Shown here one piece after another: positions 56,294 to 64,000 of a stretch of DNA of 64,000 nt. The notes under the pieces are model-generated. The model saw only the letters and a list, made by a program, of their open reading frames with translations, did no database searches and was not told where the DNA came from. The stretch is from the NCBI GenBank assembly GCA_041738755.1, contig JBGSPE010000002.1:13290-77289 (forward strand), read 5' to 3'. The position numbers and the translations under genes were made by a program. The stretch comes from Minisyncoccia bacterium. Lineage in GTDB: Bacteria > Patescibacteriota > Minisyncoccia > Phycocordibacterales > UBA918. The first letter of the stretch is position 1; each line of letters starts with the position of its first letter.

Positions 56294-56416
56294 CTCTGGC
56301 CACTTTTTTATGTATAATTAAAACAATGTTACACACAATTACAGCCTATTATTTCTGGTGGTTTACCAAGCGAGAAGCTCGGGCTGTATTGGTGACTATC
56401 TAAGTACCATAAATAC

Positions 56417-56454
56417 AAAAGCCGCGAGTTTCTCCGAAACTCGCGGCTTTTGTT
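56417..56454 (+). terminator. Intrinsic terminator
   Basis: AAAAGCCGCGAGTTTC-TCC-GAAACTCGCGGCTTTTGTT. Confidence 0.8.
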
Positions 56455-56531
56455 AGCCGAAGCGACGTCAGAATCTCTTCTCACTTCCCTTCGACTCGCA
56501 TTCCCGCGAGTCGAGCACTGCCCACAAGGGG

Positions 56532-56858
56532 ATGAGTATGTCCTTTCCAACAATGACAAGACGTGAGCTCGTAGATGCTCTTAACAAGCGCAATGTTCAA
56601 AATAGGTTTATTGAAGCCAATCCTATGGATGTAACGACCAATTGTCACTTCTTTACCATCAAAGATGATGTGGAGGCCGGATACTATCCGTATGACTATT
56701 TTGTTGACGCTCACGCGACACTGCACGATCGAGCCGAACCGTATACCATCGGTGAAGTTCGCCTGTTAGCCAAGCAAACCTTCGCTCGAGCAGTTTCGGC
56801 AGAAACACATGCAGTGGCAGAGTACCATCAGTCAGGCAAACTATTTGGTAGCGGTTAG
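56532..56858 (+). CDS. Hypothetical protein, 108 aa
   Basis: ORF preceded by a hairpin (CGACTCGC-ATTCCC-GCGAGTCG) and an AAGGGGA RBS. Confidence 0.35.
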   Translation: MSMSFPTMTRRELVDALNKRNVQNRFIEANPMDVTTNCHFFTIKDDVEAGYYPYDYFVDAHATLHDRAEPYTIGEVRLLAKQTFARAVSAETHAVAEYHQSGKLFGSG

Positions 56859-56880
56859 CAAGATGGTGTGCTGAGCTAAC

Positions 56881-56926
56881 AAAAAGGCCGGTTAAAAAAT
56901 CATATGATTTTTTAACCGGCCTTTTC
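56881..56926. terminator. Bidirectional terminator
   Basis: AAAAAGGCCGGTTAAAAAATCATATGATTTTTTAACCGGCCTTTTC, a long perfect palindrome. Confidence 0.8.
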
Positions 56927-56936
56927 ACATTTTCAT

Positions 56937-58259
56937 CTACCACCCCAACTTCTTCATTCCCTCAAAGACACGTTTGAATCCGGCAATATTAGCTCCCTTT
57001 ACATAATCAATACCGCTTTCTGTTTCACCATTCTCTACACACAGCTGATGAATCGTATTCATAATGCTGCGAAGTTCAGTATCAACTCGCTCGCGTGTCC
57101 ATGGATAGTGTGAGGCATGTTGCGACATCTCAAGTCCCGATACGGCTACCCCACCGGCGTTAGCTGCTTTTCCTGGAGCAAACGGAATACCAGAGGCACG
57201 CACAACGTGAGCTGCCTCAAGTGTGAGTGGCATATTAGCCCCCTCAACAATCAGCTTGGCATGTTGAACCATCGATTTTGCATCATCTACACTCACTTCA
57301 TTTTGGGTTGCGCAAGGGAAATACGCATCAGCCTTAACGACTTGCCAGAGTGAACCTGCCGCATAGGTAGTATCAGCAATCTCTACGGCGTCAAGATTTT
57401 GACCTGACTGCTTTACCTTCATGATGGTAGTGATGTCATCTTGTGAAAAGCCTGATTCTTTATACACGTACCCACCGCGATCTGAGAGCGTCATAACTAC
57501 CGCTCCAAGCTCAATCAGTTTACGAGCGGTAAACTCAGCCACATTGCCTGAGCCTGAAACCGCTACCTTCATTCCGCTCAGTTCCAGTCCATGTTGCTTG
57601 GCCATTGCCTCAGCAAAATACACAATGCCGTACCCCGTTGCTTCAGTCCGACCAAGCGATCCACCAATCAGAGGATCTTTTCCGGTGAGAGCACCTTCAT
57701 TACTATTTGTAATCTCTTTGTACATTCCGTGCATGTATCCAATCTCACGGCCACCCACTCCAATATCTCCTGCCGGCACATCTCGGTCGATACCAATATG
57801 GCGATGTAGTTCGAGCATGAACGCTCTTGTAAACGACCGAATTTCGTTATCGCTCTTCCCTTTTGGATTAAAATCACTTCCACCCTTACCAGCTCCCAAA
57901 GGTAGTCCCGTTAAGGCATTTTTAAACATTTGTTCAAACCCCAGAAACTTTAAGACGTCTTCAGTGACAGTAGGGTCAAATCGTAACCCGCCTTTATATG
58001 GGCCAAGAGCAGAATTAAACTGCACTCGATAACCTGTATTAGTTTGCATTACTCCAGCGTCATCTACCCAGTCGACTCGAAACGTAATCACTCGCTCAGG
58101 CAACAACATTCGGTATACCCTTTTGTAGTCGGCTTCAGTGGCTTCTATACGTTCAAGATAAGGAGTAATACTTTCTAAAAGTTCCGTTACGGCCTGCAAG
58201 AATGTTGGTTGGTGCTGAAACTGGGCACGAACCATTTCGTTGATGGTATTAATAGTCAT
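56937..58259 (-). CDS. gdhA: NADP-specific glutamate dehydrogenase
   Basis: GGLRFDP ... ALTGLPLGAGKGGSDFNPKGKSD (catalytic Lys region) and GSGNVA (Rossmann). 440 aa. Confidence 0.85.
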   Translation of the reverse strand: MTINTINEMVRAQFQHQPTFLQAVTELLESITPYLERIEATEADYKRVYRMLLPERVITFRVDWVDDAGVMQTNTGYRVQFNSALGPYKGGLRFDPTVTEDVLKFLGFEQMFKNALTGLPLGAGKGGSDFNPKGKSDNEIRSFTRAFMLELHRHIGIDRDVPAGDIGVGGREIGYMHGMYKEITNSNEGALTGKDPLIGGSLGRTEATGYGIVYFAEAMAKQHGLELSGMKVAVSGSGNVAEFTARKLIELGAVVMTLSDRGGYVYKESGFSQDDITTIMKVKQSGQNLDAVEIADTTYAAGSLWQVVKADAYFPCATQNEVSVDDAKSMVQHAKLIVEGANMPLTLEAAHVVRASGIPFAPGKAANAGGVAVSGLEMSQHASHYPWTRERVDTELRSIMNTIHQLCVENGETESGIDYVKGANIAGFKRVFEGMKKLGW

Positions 58260-58288
58260 ACCAAACAGTATATACGATATTACATATA

Positions 58289-58306
58289 TGTAAAGTAAAC
58301 TTTACA
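58289..58306. promoter_or_regulatory. Third copy of the palindromic operator-like motif (TGTAAAGTAAACTTTACA), 30 nt upstream of the gdhA start
   Basis: Same half-sites TGTAAAG/CTTTACA as at 19031 and 19545, with a 4-nt spacer. Confidence 0.4.
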
Positions 58307-58340
58307 TATATATTTATTCTAAGTATTGAGCAAGCTTTGC

Positions 58341-58556
58341 TTATAACACCAAACTATTAGTCACAGCAGAGAGCCCACTCAGTAATGAAGGAAGTGCTAC
58401 AAGCAAAAAAAGTAATGGTGCAACTAAGAAAAAGAACGTGATCCAAAATGTCCATTTAAGATAGCGTTCTATTTTCTTGACTGAAGTAGTTACGTCCTCA
58501 ACTTTAATTTCAATTTGATTCAACTGTTCTTGAATTTGTGGTGTCATAAACTTCAT
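58341..58556 (-). CDS. Hypothetical small membrane protein, ~71 aa
   Basis: Start set at the internal Met. The longer frame reads through the terminator hairpin at 58578-58620. Confidence 0.3.
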   Translation of the reverse strand: MKFMTPQIQEQLNQIEIKVEDVTTSVKKIERYLKWTFWITFFFLVAPLLFLLVALPSLLSGLSAVTNSLVL

Positions 58557-58577
58557 TATCCCTCGCTTACAAGAAAA

Positions 58578-58620
58578 ACAAAAGCCGGCTGGGACCATAA
58601 GGTCCCAGCCGGCTTTTGTT
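58578..58620. terminator. Strong hairpin terminator
   Basis: AAAAGCCGGCTGGGACC-ATAA-GGTCCCAGCCGGCTTTTGTTTT. Confidence 0.7.
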
Positions 58621-58800
58621 TTATTTCTTTACAACGGCCTTCTTTGGTTTTTTAACTTCCTTTTTTCTATCTTGTCCTTTTGCCATAAAAAATGTTAGCT
58701 CTGAAACAGCCTTACTGTGCTGTTGTACTGGTTAGTATACAACATTATTGATTAGCGAATATGACTATAGGGTGCAAGCGTAATCTGCTACAATGCTGAC

Positions 58801-59088
58801 ATGAAAACGCGCCTTCGTAAAAACGCAAAAGCCTCACTTACCTCTGATGCTACCGAGGAGCAACTTATCTCTGTCTTGAATGAACTCGAGCATGAAGTAG
58901 AAAAACAAAATTCGTGGCGATTAGTGTTTCTGCGCGGCACCATTCACGGACTCGGAACGGTCATCGGAGCTACCGTACTGATTGCAATCATAGCCAGTGT
59001 ACTCGCGGTTGTATTTAATCTCTTTGGAATTTCAGACGTACCTTTTCTAAGTGGTTTGCTGGAAAAGAATTTCCCGGACAATCGATAA
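58801..59088 (+). CDS. Hypothetical small membrane protein
   Basis: 95 aa with one C-terminal TM helix. Confidence 0.35.
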   Translation: MKTRLRKNAKASLTSDATEEQLISVLNELEHEVEKQNSWRLVFLRGTIHGLGTVIGATVLIAIIASVLAVVFNLFGISDVPFLSGLLEKNFPDNR

Positions 59089-59096
59089 TACTGTAC

Positions 59097-59363
59097 TTAT
59101 GTACCTGCCAAAATAATCTTCTTAACGCGAGAAAGCTTTTTGATTGCCGCCTCACGCTTTAAGGCTTCGCTTCGCGAAGCGAACTTCTCACTATAAACTA
59201 GTTCGACCGGTCGCCGTCCTCTCGTATACTTGGCACCAAGTTTTTTGGCACTCCGTGAATTACCTTCACCATTATGTTCCTTAATTCGAGTTTCTAAATC
59301 TCTCGCATATCCGGTATACAACGTACCGTCGACACAGCGAACGATATATACATGGTGTTCCAT
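59097..59363 (-). CDS. GIY-YIG domain protein (UPF0213/YhbQ-like)
   Basis: HHVYIVRCVDGTLYTGYARDLETRIKEHN ... has the GIY-YIG catalytic core and a conserved R ... E ... N. Start set at the internal Met. Confidence 0.6.
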   Translation of the reverse strand: MEHHVYIVRCVDGTLYTGYARDLETRIKEHNGEGNSRSAKKLGAKYTRGRRPVELVYSEKFASRSEALKREAAIKKLSRVKKIILAGT

Positions 59364-59365
59364 AC

Positions 59366-60418
59366 CTACCCTAAATCTTTTACTTTTTTGAGGGCAACCA
59401 CATACATACTTTCTGACCACCCAAGCGGCGTGTTTTCATTTGGTGTATCGGTATTTGAATAATACAGTTCGGGCACCTTCCCCTCTGCAGTCACTGTTTT
59501 CTTGGCTTGTCGCATATAGTAGTAGGCTTTCTCTTTATCACCGCGTTCCGCGTAAATAATTGCGAGCCACGCCAGGCCAAAACACCATTCCGCCTCTTCA
59601 CTATAACCATCTTTATTTTTATTATAGTACCTATCGAGTTTGTAACGGATGACTCCTTTCTCTTTAACCAAGTGGTACTCAATATTTTTTAAAATCTCTA
59701 GCGTCTCCTCTTCAGTAGTCACAGCAAATGGGTAGATTAAACTAAGTAACGCCAAGTCAGAGAACTTACTCTCACTCTCGCGTGGCAATAGTGACCGTAA
59801 GGCTACTTCACCTTTTTTGATTGCCTCATCGGAGACCTGCAACCAATCGAGCTGCTTAGCTTTTTTAAGAGCAGCAACCACTGACCCAATTGATGAAGCG
59901 TGCACTTCCATATTCTCTTCCCAAATACCGTTGTCAGCATCTTGCCAATACTCAAGCGACACCAAGTAGTCGATGATTTTTTGCAGCATGACGCGTTCAT
60001 CATCCGTTTCAAGAATCGAAGCACCGCGAAGTTCAAGTTCTACGACGAGATTCAGCACTTCTCCAACGGCGTCATTTTGACTATTGCCCCACTCTTCCCA
60101 GTACTCTTCAAAGGTTTCTGGATGAAATCGAGCATGGATATACTGCCAAGCATAGTGTGGTTTGTGTTCAATCGCCCAATCAATCTTGTCTTGGTGTTTT
60201 ACAAAAACCGTAAGGAGCGCCTTGGCGGCTTTTTGTACAACTTCAATTTCACCTGTTTCGAGGAAACCGAGCGTGATGAAATAGATATCCCGCAACCACG
60301 CTTTATCATACCCAGTCTCTACATCGTGAGCAGACGCAGTAAAGACACCAGTTGGTTTCTGGAGGGAACGGAGGACTGTGAGATGCTGTGCAATCTCTGC
60401 GTCAAAATCAAAGGTCAT
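59366..60418 (-). CDS. Glycoside hydrolase family 15-like (glucoamylase-related) protein
   Basis: DNGIWEE motif and an (alpha/alpha)6-barrel-like repeat pattern. 350 aa. Confidence 0.45.
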   Translation of the reverse strand: MTFDFDAEIAQHLTVLRSLQKPTGVFTASAHDVETGYDKAWLRDIYFITLGFLETGEIEVVQKAAKALLTVFVKHQDKIDWAIEHKPHYAWQYIHARFHPETFEEYWEEWGNSQNDAVGEVLNLVVELELRGASILETDDERVMLQKIIDYLVSLEYWQDADNGIWEENMEVHASSIGSVVAALKKAKQLDWLQVSDEAIKKGEVALRSLLPRESESKFSDLALLSLIYPFAVTTEEETLEILKNIEYHLVKEKGVIRYKLDRYYNKNKDGYSEEAEWCFGLAWLAIIYAERGDKEKAYYYMRQAKKTVTAEGKVPELYYSNTDTPNENTPLGWSESMYVVALKKVKDLG

Positions 60419-60451
60419 AAGGAACGAAAGAACAGTTTATTACTTTTTAAA

Positions 60452-60760
60452 TTATTGGTACAAGGCGTCTAATTTTTGCTTAGTCACTTGGAAGTTTAAC
60501 TCAAGCTCAGCTAATCGCTTCATGCCGGCATAAACCTCTGCGACAAAGCGATCTTTGTTATTGGCACGGTTCTCTACTTCTGTCAGTAATTCTGTAGTGA
60601 CAGCAATGCGTTCAATGGCAAGCGCTTCTCCAACCGTTTTTCCTAGTCGGTGTTCAATTTCATTCATCGCTGTTTCTAAAGCATCTTCCATCGCCTGCTC
60701 ATGATCAAATGACTCAGAGCTCGTCATCTTTACTACTGGTGTTCCTTCCATAAAACCCAA
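60452..60760 (-). CDS. Hypothetical helical protein, 102 aa
   Basis: ORF only. Confidence 0.35.
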   Translation of the reverse strand: MGFMEGTPVVKMTSSESFDHEQAMEDALETAMNEIEHRLGKTVGEALAIERIAVTTELLTEVENRANNKDRFVAEVYAGMKRLAELELNFQVTKQKLDALYQ

Positions 60761-61173
60761 AGATTAGACAATAATATTCAGTATATCATGCGAAAAATGA
60801 CGTAATCTTCACAAATCTAAAGAGTTAGTTTGTAGTAACAAACATTACTCAAAAACGATGTAGAGCCCTAATTTGACAAAATTATAATAGTATAGTGTAT
60901 ATACAAATTACATAAGTGTATATTTGACACTAAGTAACTAGTTTGCTATCTTTGGTGAAGATACGTTATCCGCCGTGCAACCAGCACGGCATCAATCACA
61001 GTTTAGTTAGTGTAATTTATACATTTACTAATCATCGGTGTGGGGTGGCGCGTTCGGGGTACCTACCTGGAGCGCTCCACCCCACTCGGAACTGTGGGGT
61101 CTGTTCTTTGACAGAGTACATGTACCCATGTGCACCATACAACCATATTGTCTTAACCTTAAGGAGCCTCTCT

Positions 61174-62004
61174 ATGAACATTCACCTTCTCATCATTGAT
61201 CCGCAAAACGACTTCATGGATATTCCCGGTGCTGCCTTGCCCGTGGCGGGAGCCAATGACGACATGAAGCGACTAGCTTCGTTCGTCGATCGGGTCGGAC
61301 TCAAACTGCAGAAAATCCACGTCACGCTCGACAGTCACCAAGTGGTCGATATCGCCCACCCCGCGTTCTGGCGGGATCAGGCCGGTAATCAACCTGATCC
61401 GATGACCATCATCTCGGCAGCGGCTATCGCCGACGGAACCTGGACGCCACGGTTGCCGCAATTTCGTGACCGGGCGCTCACCTACGCAAAAACGCTCGAA
61501 GCCAGTGGCAAGTACCAGATCATGGTATGGCCGCCACACTGTCTGATCGGCTCGCCCGGATACGGCGTCCAAGAAGACCTACTCGCTGCTCTCAATCGGT
61601 GGTGCGCGACCCGTGTCCGCAACATCGACTTCGTTGCCAAGGGTACCAACGTGTTCACCGAACACTACGGTGCCCTGCAAGCTGAAGTTCCGGATCCAAA
61701 CGATCCTTCGAGCCAGCTCAACGGCCGCTTCCTCAAGATGCTGCAAGACGCAGATATCATTGTGGTCGCCGGCGAAGCATCGAGCCACTGCGTGAAGGCC
61801 ACGGTCGAGCAAGTCGCTGAATACATCGGCGAGGAGCACATCAAGAAATTCTACCTACTGACCGACTGTATGTCGCCAGTTGGTGCAATTATTGATGATA
61901 CCGGCACCGTGGTGGTCGACTTCCCTGGTATTGCCGATCAGTTTTTGGCTGATATGCAAGCTCGGGGCATGACACTGACGACGTCGGATGCCTTCCTGGC
62001 CTAA
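61174..62004 (+). CDS. Isochorismatase-family (cysteine hydrolase) protein
   Basis: RBS AAGGAG. HLLIIDPQNDF N-terminal motif of the isochorismatase/nicotinamidase fold. GC-rich. The longer upstream frame is probably an over-extension. Confidence 0.6.
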   Translation: MNIHLLIIDPQNDFMDIPGAALPVAGANDDMKRLASFVDRVGLKLQKIHVTLDSHQVVDIAHPAFWRDQAGNQPDPMTIISAAAIADGTWTPRLPQFRDRALTYAKTLEASGKYQIMVWPPHCLIGSPGYGVQEDLLAALNRWCATRVRNIDFVAKGTNVFTEHYGALQAEVPDPNDPSSQLNGRFLKMLQDADIIVVAGEASSHCVKATVEQVAEYIGEEHIKKFYLLTDCMSPVGAIIDDTGTVVVDFPGIADQFLADMQARGMTLTTSDAFLA

Positions 62005-62065
62005 TTGCTCAATCAATATGGGCGGAAGCATTGCTTCCGCCCATAATAACCAAAAGGAATTCTCT

Positions 62066-62809
62066 ATGACTCAACAAGACGACTTTGAGTTCGGTAGCGG
62101 CTTCGGATTTACCGGGGCCACCATCGAACAACTCGGCGCAACCGAGTACACGCTGGTAACCATCGTACTTGATGAAAGCGGATCAATTGGCGGATTCGAA
62201 TCTCAAATCAAGGACATGCTCGATACTATCGTGGCCGCGTGCAAACGCTCGCCGCGAGCGAGCAACCTGCTCTTGCGGGTGACGAGCTTCAGCTCGTCGT
62301 ATCGCACAAGCAACGGTATCAATCAACTCCATGGCTTTTTGCCACTTGGTGACATCGATACTACCGCCTATGCAGGACTGCGGGGATCGGGCGGTACGCC
62401 GCTCAACGATGCGTTCTATGATGCGGTGGGGGCAGTCAATGTCTACGGCAAAAGCCTGAATGACATGGACTTCCTCGTCAACGGCATCACGTTTGTCGTC
62501 ACCGACGGTGAAGAAAATCAATCGACGACCACGAAGACGATGGTGAAGCAAGAACTGAAGCGAGCGGCGACGGAAGAAATTCTCGAATCGCACCTCGCTA
62601 TCCTGATTGGCATTGATACTGGCTTCTCGGCGAAGACTGCGCTCGCAGACTACCAACAAGAAGTCGCCATCAACCAATTCATCTACGCCGGCGACGCCAC
62701 GCCAAGTAAGTTGGCCAAGCTGGCTCAGTTTGTCTCGCAGTCGATTTCTTCGACGTCGCAAGCACTGGGTACCGGTGGACCGAGTCAAACTATCTCGGCC
62801 ACCATCTGA
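62066..62809 (+). CDS. von Willebrand factor A domain protein (TerY-like)
   Basis: MIDAS motif LVTIVLDESGSIG, with downstream T and D positions. 248 aa. RBS AAAAGGA. Confidence 0.6.
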   Translation: MTQQDDFEFGSGFGFTGATIEQLGATEYTLVTIVLDESGSIGGFESQIKDMLDTIVAACKRSPRASNLLLRVTSFSSSYRTSNGINQLHGFLPLGDIDTTAYAGLRGSGGTPLNDAFYDAVGAVNVYGKSLNDMDFLVNGITFVVTDGEENQSTTTKTMVKQELKRAATEEILESHLAILIGIDTGFSAKTALADYQQEVAINQFIYAGDATPSKLAKLAQFVSQSISSTSQALGTGGPSQTISATI

Positions 62810-62864
62810 TTACTCACCAAGGGGGAGACACTACGTGTCTCCCCCTTTCTCTTGGAGAATACCT

Positions 62865-63704
62865 ATGACTATTGTTTCTGATCACGCCTTTCACATCGGC
62901 GAACAACACCTGCGACAAGGAACACCTTCACAGGACTACACCGCTACCGGTACTCGGTCGGAGAATGCAGCATTTGCTACCCTCTCCGACGGCTGCTCGT
63001 CTGGAGGCGCAACTGATATCGGTGCCCGATTACTGGTACTCGCAACCAGACGAGCCTTGTCCGAAGCAAGCACTCTCAACCCAACCTTGATTAATCGCGA
63101 ACGCGATTTATATCTCGAAACCTATAGGCGAACACTTGAGTTAGCCCCGAGCGATATGCTCGCCACGTCACTCTGGGCAACGCTCGATAGCGACACACTC
63201 ACCGTGAACGTGACGGGTGATGGGGTGTTTGCACTCATCTTTGCAGATGACACTCCGGTGCACTTCTATGAAGTGAGCTGGGACAAAAACACTCCCTACT
63301 ATCCGGCCTATCGTCTCTCGGGTCTCAATGAACAATTCAAACAACTACACGACAGCCCTACACCACTTACCGTGATAAGAGGTCAGGTCGATAATCCGAT
63401 ATATACCGAAGACACTTATTACATCGAACCAGGGCTACAAGGACTTACGTTTACCTTCGCTCGGGTAGGCGAAATGTTCCCGACACCAATTATTGGCGTA
63501 GCGTTGTTCTCAGACGGGGTTACGCAAGTTGACGGATATACGACCGCTGAAGTTGTTGGTGAACTTACCCACTTCAAAAGCACTTCTGGGCAATTCTTCA
63601 CTCGTCGCCTCAACCGTTTTTTGCAAGACGCCAGAAAACGTGGGCGCGGTCCACTTGATGATATTGCTGGAGCGGTGCTCTATGACGAAAGGAATGAATT
63701 ATGA
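62865..63704 (+). CDS. PP2C-family-like protein phosphatase
   Basis: About 280 aa between a vWA gene and a kinase gene. Acidic metal-binding-like motifs (LSDGCSSGG, VTGDGVF, FSDGV). Overlaps the kinase start by 4 nt. Confidence 0.45.
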   Translation: MTIVSDHAFHIGEQHLRQGTPSQDYTATGTRSENAAFATLSDGCSSGGATDIGARLLVLATRRALSEASTLNPTLINRERDLYLETYRRTLELAPSDMLATSLWATLDSDTLTVNVTGDGVFALIFADDTPVHFYEVSWDKNTPYYPAYRLSGLNEQFKQLHDSPTPLTVIRGQVDNPIYTEDTYYIEPGLQGLTFTFARVGEMFPTPIIGVALFSDGVTQVDGYTTAEVVGELTHFKSTSGQFFTRRLNRFLQDARKRGRGPLDDIAGAVLYDERNEL

Positions 63705-64000
63705 TCAAAAAAAATACAACCGTATCGCTTGAAGGTCGAGGAAACGTAACGCTTCGACCAATCGACTACGTAACACATGGCGGCGAAGGAGCCATCTATC
63801 GCAAAGACAAACATGTTATCAAGCTCTACCTTGATCCAAAAAAAATGGCGACTGGTGGGCAGATAGAAAAAATAAAACTGCTCGCTCGAACCTTCAATCA
63901 CCCTTCAATTGTTGCACCGCAAGGGCTTGTTTTTGCCGATACTGGTGAAACCATCGGCTTCTATATGCCGTTCGTCGAAGGAGAAGCCTTACCACCACTG
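63701..64000 (+). CDS. Ser/Thr protein kinase-like protein, N-terminal part only (truncated by the window edge)
   Basis: Glycine-rich loop HGGEGAIYR followed by VIKLY (the VAIK-like Lys). ATGA overlap with the upstream gene. Confidence 0.45.
   Translation, partial: MIKKNTTVSLEGRGNVTLRPIDYVTHGGEGAIYRKDKHVIKLYLDPKKMATGGQIEKIKLLARTFNHPSIVAPQGLVFADTGETIGFYMPFVEGEALPPL

Noticed and set aside
60943-61173. Possible tRNA-derived attachment site before the right-hand GC-rich island (GGGGTGGCGCGTTCGGGGTACC ...)
   Set aside because: The GC-rich segment superficially resembles a tRNA fragment. However, no T-loop (GTTCGAATC-like) or acceptor pairing could be found, and it lies within the over-extended frame of the isochorismatase ORF.
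1-64000. CRISPR arrays, rRNA genes, integrases or recombinases at the island borders
   Set aside because: Scanned all intergenic regions for regularly spaced direct repeats with unique spacers. None were found; the only periodic repeats are the ~0.5 kb structured units at 50.0-52.8 kb, which lack spacer-like unique inserts of CRISPR size. No tyrosine or serine recombinase-like ORF flanks islands I-III or the right-hand island.

Overview
The window is a 64 kb chromosomal segment from a moderate-GC (~45%) bacterium. Small gene inventory and no rpmD between rpsE and rplO point to a CPR/Patescibacteria-like lineage (inference). The left third (1-27 kb) is housekeeping: smpB, a one-piece tmRNA, msrA, a two-component pair, ackA, a SET-domain protein, a photolyase/cryptochrome cluster with DUF2256, infC-rpmI-rplT, redoxins, ndk, and map-adk-gmk. 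The centre and right hold the S10-spc-str ribosomal super-operon on the minus strand (fusA, tuf, rpsJ, rplC-D-W-B, rpsS ... rpsN ... rplO, secY). This operon is broken at four places by inserted DNA. (I) An 8.2 kb island of high GC (~58%) sits on the plus strand between rplE and rpsN. It carries a three-gene membrane/coiled-coil module of unknown function, a NitT/TauT-type ABC transporter whose substrate-binding protein is fused to an OmpA-like domain, and a putative heme-oxygenase-like protein. (II) A 3.5 kb insert between rplB and rpsS carries a strongly expressed 39-aa hydrophobic peptide gene behind a perfect 19-bp palindrome, a 4-TM protein, and an extremely acidic secreted protein with a peptidoglycan-binding domain. 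(III) A 2.7 kb insert lies between rplC and rpsJ. (IV) The 3.7 kb tuf-fusA spacer is filled by a tandem array of about 3.5 structured repeat units of ~0.5 kb; each unit has three hairpin modules that keep their stems by compensatory substitutions. A divergent IS110-family-like transposase gene occupies one slot of the array. A second GC-rich island at the right edge encodes an isochorismatase-family hydrolase plus a TerY-P-type triad (vWA protein, PP2C-like phosphatase, Ser/Thr kinase, truncated by the window end). An 18-bp palindromic motif TGTAAAG-N4/5-CTTTACA recurs upstream of two redoxin-locus genes and gdhA. No CRISPR array, rRNA or confident tRNA was found.
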